Origin: Myxococcales bacterium
Lineage (GTDB): Bacteria > Myxococcota > Myxococcia > Myxococcales > Anaeromyxobacteraceae
DNA: 23,452 nt
Assembly (NCBI GenBank): GCA_038320275.1
Contig: JBBQEB010000050.1
Span: 1 to 23,452, forward strand
Reading direction: 5' to 3'
The notes beneath the pieces are model-generated. The model made no database searches. It saw only the letters and a list, made by a program, of their open reading frames with translations, and was not told where the DNA came from. Made by a program: the position numbers and the translations under genes. Position 1 is the first letter of the stretch, and the number at the start of each line of letters is the position of its first letter. Shown here in pieces: positions 1-8,416 of this stretch.

Positions 1-1
1 C

Positions 2-352
2 GATGCCGTCCGCAAGGTGGTGCTCACCGGGCTGGGCGCGGTGTTCCTCACCGAGGAGGGCGCACGGCGGCTCGCCCGGGAGTGGAAGCTGCCGCGCGAG
101 CTGGTGGGCTACGTCACCTCCCAGGCCGGCACCGCCAAGGACGAGATCCTGCGGGTGGTGACGGAAGAGGTTCGCAAGTTCTTCGAGTCGGAGACCCTGC
201 GCCGCGAGTTCCTCCGGCTCGTGTCCTCCATGTCGATCGAGGTCACCGCCGAGGTGCGCCTGAAGCCCTCCAAGAACGGGTTGGAGCCCGAGGTCAAGGT
301 CTCCGCGGTGAAGCCCCGCATGAAGGTGAAGGGGGAGGAGGAGAAGGATTGA
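2..352 (+). CDS. 5'-truncated hypothetical protein, phasin-like (starts upstream of window)
   Basis: Frame is open from base 2 (DAVRKVVLTGLGAVFLTEEG...). The LTGLGA motif resembles the PhaF/PhaI-type phasin N-terminus. Codon usage is typical high-GC3. Confidence 0.7.
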   Translation, partial: DAVRKVVLTGLGAVFLTEEGARRLAREWKLPRELVGYVTSQAGTAKDEILRVVTEEVRKFFESETLRREFLRLVSSMSIEVTAEVRLKPSKNGLEPEVKVSAVKPRMKVKGEEEKD

Positions 353-370
353 GGTGCGCCACAAGGCACC

Positions 371-751
371 GTGCCCGGTGACCAACCTCGCCCCGCGCCG
401 CCCAGGCGCGCGCGGCCCCTCGCCCGGATCGTGTTCTTCGCGGGCGCGGTGGCCATCGGCCTCTTCCTGTTCCGCGCCTCGCCGCGCGAGGTGACGCTCG
501 TCTACCCCCTGGCCGGCGCGCCGGCGGAAGCGCGGCGGCTGGAGGTCGAGGTCCGGCGTGGCGACGAGGTGATGCGCCGGGCGGAGTTTCCCCTCCCCGC
601 GGTGCGGCCGCCCACCGTCAGCCACGCCATCCGCCTGCCGGACGGAGCGTATGGCCTGCGCGCGGTCTTCTCGGGAGGGCCAGGGGAGGCGCGGGTGGTC
701 CTCCGGGAGTTCACGGTGAGCGAAGCGGGCGCCATCGTGCTGCCGCTGTGA
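371..751 (+). CDS. hypothetical protein with one N-terminal membrane anchor
   Basis: Hydrophobic stretch IVFFAGAVAIGLFLF followed by a beta-rich domain. Lies 18 bp after the previous gene on the same strand. Confidence 0.65.
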   Translation: MPGDQPRPAPPRRARPLARIVFFAGAVAIGLFLFRASPREVTLVYPLAGAPAEARRLEVEVRRGDEVMRRAEFPLPAVRPPTVSHAIRLPDGAYGLRAVFSGGPGEARVVLREFTVSEAGAIVLPL

Positions 752-768
752 CCCGCGGCCAAAGCTGC

Positions 769-2658
769 TCACGCGCCCGCGGGTGGCGGGAGCGACACGC
801 GGAAGCAGGTGCCGTGGCCCATTCGAGAGCGGACCGCGATGGTTCCCCCGTGGGCCTCGACGATGCCCTTGGCGATGGAGAGGCCGAGGCCCAGGCCCGC
901 CGCGCCCTCCCTCCGCGGCGCCGCGTCGCCCACCTGGTAGAGCCGCTCGAAGATGCGCTCCAGGTGCTCCGGCGCGATCCCCGGCCCGTCGTCCCGCACC
1001 GCCAGGAGGAGCCCTCCTTCGCGGCTCCCCGCCGCGGCCACCCGCACCTGGGTGCCCTCGGCGCAGTGCTTCCCCGCATTCGAGAGCAGGATGGCGAGCA
1101 CCTGCAGAAGCCGCTCGCGATCGCCCCAGCCGGCCGGCGCGCCGGGACCGACCCGGGCCCGCAGGCTGATGTGGCGCTCCCCGAAGCGCGGCGCGATCGC
1201 GAGCGCCGCCTGCGCCACCAGTTCGCGCGGGTCGAAGCGCTCCAGCGACAGCCGGTCGCGGGTGAGCTCGTAGCGCGACAGCTCCAGCAGCTCGTCGATG
1301 AAGGAACGCAGCCTGCGGGCGCTGCTCGCCACCACCTGCAGGCACTCCCGAGGCCGAGGACCGAGCTCGCCCAGCTTTCCGGAGAGGAGCAGGTCGGTGT
1401 AGCCCATCACCGTCACGAGCGGCGTGCGCAGCTCGTGCGACACGTTGGCGAGGAAGTTGTCCTTCCGCCGATCCGCCTCGCGGAGGGCCTCCACCGCCCG
1501 CGTGAGGTCGGCCGTGCGCGCCTCCACCTGCGAGGCCAGGCGCGCCTGGTGCCCGCGCAGCTCGGCGAAGAGGCGCGCCTTCTCCAGCGCGATGGACGCC
1601 TGCAGCGCGAAGGCGTCGATGGCGGCCGGATCGGCGCGGCGCAGCCGCGGGCTCGCCACCACCAAGAGGCCCGAGACCCCGCCGCCGTAGCGGAGCGGCG
1701 CGAGCACGACGTGCCGGAGCCCGAGCAGGCGATCCAGGCGCCGGACCCGCGCGTCGCTCGCCCCGCCGAAGATCTGCCGCGCCACCTCCTTCGCGCGCGC
1801 CGTGTAGACGGTGCGCCCCGCCCGCAGCACGCGGGCGACGAGGGGCGCCCCGGCGGGATCGACCCGGAGCTCGTCGAGGCGCTTCCCCAGCACGCGCTCG
1901 GTGGCGCGCTGGAGAGGTGCATGGAAGCTCGTTGCGGCGAAGCCCAGCGGCATGGGCGCGCCGCCAGGCGAGGCGCCGGCCGGGATGGCGAGCACCGCGG
2001 AGTGGAAACCCAGCCGGACGAGCTCGTTGCAGATGACCGCCTGGATGGCGGCCCCGTCCGTCTCCACCATCAGGCGGGTGCCCGCGAGATTCAGCGCCGC
2101 GAGCACGTCCTTGGCCTGTCCCAGCGCCTCGGCCGCGCGCTGGCGCCGAGAGGCCTCCCGCGACGCGCCCCGGTGCCGCGCCGCCAGCTCGTCGCGCAGG
2201 GACTCCGCCTCCAGCCGGCCCGCCGCCTGGCGCGCCAGCGCCCGGTAGAGCCGGAGCGTCGCGCGGCTGGGCGGCTCCTCCGCCACGATGCGCAGCCAGC
2301 CCGACACGGCGCTCGTCCCCCCCACCGGCACGAACGCCTGGCGTAGGAGGCGGGGGCGCCGCGCCTCGAGGCAACGCGCGAGCTCCGCGTCGCAGGCACC
2401 GAGGCGGAGCGGCGTGCGGCGGTGCGGTTCGGGCAGCTTCGAACGGGCCGACGACCGCGCCAGCTCGCGCGCCAGCTCCGCCCGGCGCGGGCGGTCGAGC
2501 CCGGGAGCCGCGAAGGCCGCGCATTCCCAGCCCGCCCCGTCCTCCGGGGCGACGAGCAACTCGACCAGTCGAGCCTGGGCGGCCTCGGCGGCGTCGCGGA
2601 CCACGGCTCCGCACCCACGCCTCAGCGCGCGTCGACTGCGTTCGCGGCCCTCGCGCAT
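769..2658 (-). CDS. cytoplasmic sensor histidine kinase (GAF-like + HisKA + HATPase_c)
   Basis: H-box FLANVSHELRTPL, N-box LLSNAGKH, G1 DDGPGI, G2 GLGLGLSI, and GAF-like segments (APLRYGGGVSGLLVV, FALQASIALEKARLF). Start is uncertain; ATG 2658 chosen. Confidence 0.9.
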   Translation of the reverse strand: MREGRERSRRALRRGCGAVVRDAAEAAQARLVELLVAPEDGAGWECAAFAAPGLDRPRRAELARELARSSARSKLPEPHRRTPLRLGACDAELARCLEARRPRLLRQAFVPVGGTSAVSGWLRIVAEEPPSRATLRLYRALARQAAGRLEAESLRDELAARHRGASREASRRQRAAEALGQAKDVLAALNLAGTRLMVETDGAAIQAVICNELVRLGFHSAVLAIPAGASPGGAPMPLGFAATSFHAPLQRATERVLGKRLDELRVDPAGAPLVARVLRAGRTVYTARAKEVARQIFGGASDARVRRLDRLLGLRHVVLAPLRYGGGVSGLLVVASPRLRRADPAAIDAFALQASIALEKARLFAELRGHQARLASQVEARTADLTRAVEALREADRRKDNFLANVSHELRTPLVTVMGYTDLLLSGKLGELGPRPRECLQVVASSARRLRSFIDELLELSRYELTRDRLSLERFDPRELVAQAALAIAPRFGERHISLRARVGPGAPAGWGDRERLLQVLAILLSNAGKHCAEGTQVRVAAAGSREGGLLLAVRDDGPGIAPEHLERIFERLYQVGDAAPRREGAAGLGLGLSIAKGIVEAHGGTIAVRSRMGHGTCFRVSLPPPAGA

Positions 2659-2690
2659 CGCGAGCGGAATCGTCCTCCGCCTGGCGCGCG

Positions 2691-2719
2691 TTGACAAGGG
2701 CGGACCGCACCCCTAAACC
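2691..2719 (+). promoter_or_regulatory. sigma70-type promoter of the hbd operon
   Basis: TTGACA (2691-2696), N17, TAAACC (2714-2719). GGAGG RBS at 2728-2732 before ATG 2740. Confidence 0.65.
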
Positions 2720-2739
2720 CGCCCCGGGGAGGCGGGACG

Positions 2740-3594
<855 letters not shown>

Positions 3595-3608
3595 CCTGCG
3601 GAGGCGCC

Positions 3609-4394
3609 ATGGAGGAGCTGCAGCACCTTCTGCTCCGGGTGGAGGAGGGCATCGCCATCCTCACCGTGAACCGGCCGCGCGCCATGAACGCGCTCGACGC
3701 GCCGACGCTCACCGAGCTGGGTGGGGTGCTCGACCGCCTCGCCGGCGACAGGTCGGTGCGGGCGCTGGTGGTCACCGGGGCGGGGACGAAGGCGTTCGTC
3801 GCCGGCGCGGACATCGCCTCCATGGCCGCGCTGGGTCCGGAGGCGGGGCGCCGCTTCGGCGAGCTCGGCCAGCGCACGTTCGCCCGCCTCGAACGGCTCG
3901 GCATTCCCACCGTGGCGGCGGTCAACGGGTACGCGCTGGGGGGCGGCTGCGAGCTCGCCATGGCCTGCGACCTCGTCTACGCGAGCGAGAACGCCCGCTT
4001 CGGGCAGCCCGAGGTGACGCTGGGGCTCATCCCTGGCTTCGGCGGCACGCAGCGGCTGGCGCGGCGGGTGGGGCTGATGCGGGCGAAGGAGCTGGTGCTC
4101 ACGGGCGAGCTCGTGGACGCGGCGAAGGCCAAGGCGATCGGGCTCGCCCTGGAGGTGCTGCCCGCCGCCGAGCTCGTTGCCCGGGCGGTCGCGGTGGCCC
4201 GCACCATCGCCTCGCGCGCCCCGCTGGCGGTCGCGGCGGCAAAGCGCGTGATGGAGGCGGGCGCGGGGACGGACCTCGCCACCGGCTGCGCCCTCGAGCT
4301 GGAGGCCTTCGGGCTCATGTTCGGGACGAAAGACGCCCGCGAGGGCATGCAGGCGTTTCTGGAGAAGCGGCCGCCCACCTTCACGGGAGCGTAG
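3609..4394 (+). CDS. crt: enoyl-CoA hydratase (crotonase)
   Basis: NRPRAMNAL, AFVAGADI, VNGYALGGGCELAMACD, FGQPEVTLGLIPGFGGTQRL. GGAGG RBS before ATG 3609. Confidence 0.93.
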   Translation: MEELQHLLLRVEEGIAILTVNRPRAMNALDAPTLTELGGVLDRLAGDRSVRALVVTGAGTKAFVAGADIASMAALGPEAGRRFGELGQRTFARLERLGIPTVAAVNGYALGGGCELAMACDLVYASENARFGQPEVTLGLIPGFGGTQRLARRVGLMRAKELVLTGELVDAAKAKAIGLALEVLPAAELVARAVAVARTIASRAPLAVAAAKRVMEAGAGTDLATGCALELEAFGLMFGTKDAREGMQAFLEKRPPTFTGA

Positions 4395-4477
4395 ATCCGT
4401 CCGAACGGCGCGAGGCGCCGTGCCGCTGCCCCTACCAGGTGCGCCCGGGAGACGCGGACCGGGGTACGATGGCTCCC

Positions 4478-5620
4478 ATGAACATCGAGCTCACCGAGGA
4501 GCAGCGCCAGGTCCGCGACCTCTGCCGGTCCTTCGCCGACGAGGAGCTTCGGCCCAACGCGAAGCGCTGGGACGAGGAGCACCACTTCCCGCGCGAGGCG
4601 GTCGCGAAGCTCGGCGAGCTGGGGCTCATGGGAGTCTCCGTGCCGGGCGAGTGGGGCGGCTCCGGCATGGACGCGGTCTCCTATGCCATCGCCATGGAGG
4701 AGATCTCGCGCGGCTGCGCCGGGACGTCCGTCATCATGAGCGTCAACAACTCGCTCTACTCCGACCCGGTGCTGAAGTACGGCACGGACGAGCAGAAGGA
4801 GGAGTTCCTCCGCCCCTTCGCCGCCGGGCAGAAGCTCGGCTGCTTTGCCCTCACCGAGCCCATGAGCGGCTCGGACGCGGCCGAGATGCAGACCACCGCC
4901 GTGGCGCGCGGCGACGACTACGTGCTCGCCGGCTCGAAGAACTTCATCACCAACGGCCCGCAGGCGGACGTGGTGCTGGTCTTCGCCATGACCGACAAGC
5001 CCAAGGGGCACAAGGGCATCAGCGCCTTCCTGGTGCCCACCACCACCAAGGGCCTCACCCGCGGCAAGGGTGACGACAAGCTGGGCATCCGAGCGTCGGG
5101 CTCGTGCACGCTCTTCTTCGAGGACTGCGTCATTCCCAAGCGGTACCGGCTTGGGAAGGAGGGGGAGGGCTTCAAGATCGCCATGTCCACCCTCGACGGC
5201 GGGCGCATCGGCATTGCCGCCCAGGCGCTCGGCATCGCGCGGGCCGGCTACGAGGAGGCGCTTGCCTACGCCAAGGAGCGGAAGGCTTTCGGGAAGCCCA
5301 TCGCGACCTTCCAGGCCATCCAGTTCATGCTGGCCGACATGGCCACCGAGATCGACGCCGCCCGCCTCCTGATCTGGCGCGCCGCCACCTTGAAGGACAA
5401 GGGGGTGCGCTACAGCGCCGAGGCCGCCATGGCGAAGCTGTTCGCCTCGGAGATGTCGGAGCGGGTGACCTCCAAGGCCATCCAGATCCACGGCGGCTAC
5501 GGGTACGTGAAGGAGTACGGCGCCGAGCGCCACTGGCGCGACAGCCGCATCACGCAGATCTACGAGGGGACGAGCGAGATCCAGCGCATCGTCATCTCGA
5601 GCGCGCTCTTGAAGGAGTAG
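4478..5620 (+). CDS. short-chain/butyryl-CoA-type acyl-CoA dehydrogenase (canonical)
   Basis: [69 protein letters not shown]. Confidence 0.95.
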   Translation: MNIELTEEQRQVRDLCRSFADEELRPNAKRWDEEHHFPREAVAKLGELGLMGVSVPGEWGGSGMDAVSYAIAMEEISRGCAGTSVIMSVNNSLYSDPVLKYGTDEQKEEFLRPFAAGQKLGCFALTEPMSGSDAAEMQTTAVARGDDYVLAGSKNFITNGPQADVVLVFAMTDKPKGHKGISAFLVPTTTKGLTRGKGDDKLGIRASGSCTLFFEDCVIPKRYRLGKEGEGFKIAMSTLDGGRIGIAAQALGIARAGYEEALAYAKERKAFGKPIATFQAIQFMLADMATEIDAARLLIWRAATLKDKGVRYSAEAAMAKLFASEMSERVTSKAIQIHGGYGYVKEYGAERHWRDSRITQIYEGTSEIQRIVISSALLKE

Positions 5621-5676
5621 CGGGCCGGGCGCCGCGCCTCCGCCGCCCGCGAGCGGCTTCCTCCCAGGGAGTGGCC

Positions 5677-6804
5677 ATGGAGCTCGAGCCCACCGAGGCG
5701 CAGGCGCGGATCGCCTCCCTGGCCCGCACCGCGGCGCGCGAGGTGCTGGCGCCGGCCGCAGACGAGGGCGACCGGACCGGCCGCTTCCCCGCGGAGGCGA
5801 TCCGGGAGCTCGGCAGGCGCGGGCTCCTCGCGCTCAAGGTGCCGCGAGAGCTGGGGGGCGCGGCCGCCGGCCCGGTCGGCTACGCCCTCGCCATCATGGA
5901 GCTCGCGCAGGCGGACGCCGCGGTCGCGGTGACCGTCGCGGTCACCAACATGGTGGGCGAGATCATCGCTCGCTACGGCACGCCCGCCCAGCGGGAGCGC
6001 TGCTGTCCTCGCCTCGCGTCCGGGGCATGGCTCGCCGGGTCCTTCGCGCTGTCCGAGCCCCAGGCCGGCAGCGACTCGGGGGCCATGGCGAGCCGCGCCG
6101 ACCGCCGAGGTGAGTGCTGGGTGCTCCGGGGCGAGAAGGCCTGGATCACGAGCGGCGATCACGCGGGCGTGTTCGTGGTGTGGGCCAGAACCGAGGCGGG
6201 AGCGCGCACGAAAGGGATCACCGCCTTCCTGGTCGAGGCGGGCACACCGGGGCTCCGCGTGGGCCGGCGCGAGAAGAAGACGGGGATCCGCGCCTCCTCC
6301 ACCGTCTCCCTGACCTTCGACGAGCTGGAGCTCCCCGGGAGCGCCGTACTGGGCGAGGTGCACGGTGGGTTCCGCGTCGCGATGAGCGCGCTCGACGGAG
6401 GCCGCAGCGGGATCGCGGCGCAGGCCACCGGGACGATCGCCGCCGCGCTGGCGGAGGGAACCGCCGTCGCCCGGGCCTGGGAGGGATCCGCGCCGGAGGC
6501 GATGCGCTTCGCGCTGGCGGACACGCGCACCGACCTCTGCGCGGCGCGCCTCCTCACGCTGCGCGCGGCCGCCCTGGAGGAGGCGGAACGTGCGTTCACG
6601 CGCGAGGCTTCCATGGCCAAGCTGTTCGCGAGCGAGGCCGCCCAGCGCGCCGTGGACGTCGCGGTCCGCATCGAGGGGTGGCGAGGTCGGCTCGCGGGCG
6701 GCTCGACGGCAGCGCGGCTCTTTCGCGACGCCAAGGTGCAGACGATCTACGAGGGCACGAGCGAGATCCAGCGGCTGGTGATCGCGCGGGACTTGCTGAG
6801 GTGA
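5677..6804 (+). CDS. second acyl-CoA dehydrogenase with divergent C-terminal FAD-contact motifs
   Basis: FALSEPQAGSD, KAWITSG, LDGGRSGIAAQA and [10 protein letters not shown] are retained. ATG 5677 follows AGGGAG. The longer 5104 ORF start is spurious. Confidence 0.9.
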   Translation: MELEPTEAQARIASLARTAAREVLAPAADEGDRTGRFPAEAIRELGRRGLLALKVPRELGGAAAGPVGYALAIMELAQADAAVAVTVAVTNMVGEIIARYGTPAQRERCCPRLASGAWLAGSFALSEPQAGSDSGAMASRADRRGECWVLRGEKAWITSGDHAGVFVVWARTEAGARTKGITAFLVEAGTPGLRVGRREKKTGIRASSTVSLTFDELELPGSAVLGEVHGGFRVAMSALDGGRSGIAAQATGTIAAALAEGTAVARAWEGSAPEAMRFALADTRTDLCAARLLTLRAAALEEAERAFTREASMAKLFASEAAQRAVDVAVRIEGWRGRLAGGSTAARLFRDAKVQTIYEGTSEIQRLVIARDLLR

Positions 6805-6911
6805 GCCCAGGTCCTGGGGCTCGGGGGGGCGGCCGGGACGCTTGCCGCCAGCAGGTGAGGAACTGGTGGGAACGGTGGCGCCGCGGGAAGGGTTCGCGGC
6901 CGGCCGCTCCG

Positions 6912-6940
6912 TTGACACTGCGGGTTGGGACCGTTACCTC
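6912..6940 (+). promoter_or_regulatory. sigma70-type promoter of the MerR-family gene
   Basis: TTGACA (6912-6917), N17, TACCTC (6935-6940), 11 nt before ATG 6952. Confidence 0.55.
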
Positions 6941-6951
6941 CCGACCACGGC

Positions 6952-7470
6952 ATGGCGGACGCGGAGCGTGGGCGCGAGAGCACGACGGAGTACTCCTCCG
7001 GAGACCTGGCGCGGGCCACGGGCAACACCGTCCGCACGATCAGGTTCTACGAGGAGCAAGGGCTCTTGCGCGCGGCCCTGGTGAGCGAGGGCGGCCACCG
7101 CCGCTACACGGCCGGGGATCTCGAGCGCATGCTGTTCATCGGCGACCTCCGGGAGCTCGGGCTTCCGCTCTCCGAGATCCGCGCCGTCCTCGACCTGCGC
7201 GCGGGCTGCCTCTCGGCCGGTGAGTTCGCGGAGCGGTTCAGGGACGTGCTGCGCGGCCACGTCCGGCAGGCGGAGGAACGGCTCGAGAGGCTCCGCCGGG
7301 TGAAGCGCGAGCTCCTGGAGGCGCTGGGAGTCGTGGAGGCGCGCATCGGCTCGCCCGCGGCCAGCCACTGCCCGTGCGAGCTGGGGGAAGGGTCGGTGGC
7401 GCGCATGGTGAAGGTGCTCGCCGATGCCGGGTCGTGCCGACACCGGAAGCGAGAGGGCGAGGGAAGTTGA
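6952..7470 (+). CDS. MerR-family transcriptional regulator with Cys-rich C-terminus
   Basis: YSSGDLARATGNTVRTIRFYEEQGLL...GGHRRY HTH, coiled-coil dimerisation helix, and Cys in GCLS, HCPC and SCRH. Confidence 0.9.
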   Translation: MADAERGRESTTEYSSGDLARATGNTVRTIRFYEEQGLLRAALVSEGGHRRYTAGDLERMLFIGDLRELGLPLSEIRAVLDLRAGCLSAGEFAERFRDVLRGHVRQAEERLERLRRVKRELLEALGVVEARIGSPAASHCPCELGEGSVARMVKVLADAGSCRHRKREGEGS

Positions 7471-7543
7471 GCCGGCGCGGGCGGGCAGGCGTGATGGCCG
7501 CCCGCGCCGCGCTCCGCGACGATCGGATCGAGGGGACCCCCAC

Positions 7544-7969
7544 ATGCCGCATCTCCAGTTCGACCTGAGCTTCCGGCCGCCGGCCGAGGCCAAGCGGCGG
7601 TTCAGCGCCGCGGTGGTGAAGCACTTCGCCGAGGCCATGGATACCGGTACCGACCACGTCGCGGTGGTGCTGCGCTGTCATGAGCCCGAGGACCTCGCGC
7701 TGGGGCGCGCCGCGCATCCCGAGCGCGGCATCGCCTTGCTCAACGCCGACATTCGCGATGGCAGGACGCCCGCCCAGCGCCGCCAGTTCGCCCTGGCGGT
7801 GATCGGCGAACTGGAAACGGCTTTCAGCGTGCCCAGGGAGAACGTGTACGTGGTCTACGGCGATCACGACGGCGAAGCCTTCCAGTTCTCCGACCGGGTG
7901 CTGCCATCGTGGACGCCGGGCGAGGATCCGCTGGCGGGGGACGGGTCGGGGGGCGCGGGCCAGGGGTGA
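7544..7969 (+). CDS. tautomerase-superfamily protein (Pro-1, two beta-alpha-beta units)
   Basis: Starts M-P-H-L. GRTPAQRRQFA and VPRENVYVVY are typical tautomerase motifs. GAGGGG RBS before ATG 7544. Confidence 0.8.
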   Translation: MPHLQFDLSFRPPAEAKRRFSAAVVKHFAEAMDTGTDHVAVVLRCHEPEDLALGRAAHPERGIALLNADIRDGRTPAQRRQFALAVIGELETAFSVPRENVYVVYGDHDGEAFQFSDRVLPSWTPGEDPLAGDGSGGAGQG

Positions 7970-7977
7970 TCCTCGGC

Positions 7978-8016
7978 GGGGCGCGCGAGCACCTCGCGGT
8001 ACTCGTCGAGGATCTC
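7978..8016 (-). pseudogene. tiny remnant resembling a PIN-domain (TIGR00305-like) toxin
   Basis: Minus-strand frame reads EILDEYREVLARP, recalling the conserved (S)xEILxEYxEVLxRPKF helix of this PIN family. No surrounding ORF. Confidence 0.4.
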
Positions 8017-8116
8017 GCGGCGCCACCGCGACGGCTCGCGTACGCCGCCGTCGTGGGTTCTCTGGGAACACTGGCAGGCGAGTCAGTTGCAGTACGCTCG
8101 TACCCGGGCCGCGCCC

Positions 8117-8144
8117 AGTTGACATAATCTTCATTATCAGACGC
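8117..8144 (-). other. dif-type XerC/XerD recombination site
   Basis: Minus strand reads GCGTCTGATAA-TGAAGA-TTATGTCAACT. It has the 11-6-11 layout with an ATAA/TTAT inner palindrome, and the XerD arm matches E. coli TTATGTTAAAT at 9/11. It is an AT-rich island in a GC-rich intergenic region. Confidence 0.85.
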
Positions 8145-8266
8145 ACCGGCTGGGCCGATCAATTAGCTCGAGCTGGCTCGAGCAGCCGGTGTTGCGATGG
8201 GTGCGGACCGGCATGGCCGCGGGCTCCAACGCCCGCCTCGCGCGATGAGGCCACGCGCGCCCACGC

Positions 8267-8365
8267 CCGGCCGAGCTGGTGCGCCGCGGCGTGGTCCGCT
8301 CGCTCCAGATCGCGGCCGTGTTCGCGAAGCTGCCGGCGCTGGAGAACGTGCGCGTCGCCGTGCAG
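8267..8365 (+). pseudogene. internal fragment of a LivG-type branched-chain amino acid ABC ATPase
   Basis: PAELVRRGVVRSLQIAAVFAKLPALENVRVAVQ resembles LivG (PxEIARxGIxRSFQxxxVFxxLTVLENVRVA). No Walker A/B motifs are present. Confidence 0.65.
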
Positions 8366-8416
8366 AGCTCGCGATTCTTCGGGAACCGCGCGGACGGGAG
8401 CGCTAACCTCGTCCGC

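Noticed and set aside
2659..2697. TTG 2697 as start of the histidine kinase
   Set aside because: It overlaps the -35 box of the divergent hbd promoter and adds only low-complexity residues.
8117..8144. Tn3-type res site or integron attC instead of dif
   Set aside because: TTATCAGAC also resembles a resolvase half-site, but the opposite arm is a clear XerD box with 6-bp spacing. There is no resolvase, integrase or attC-length palindrome.
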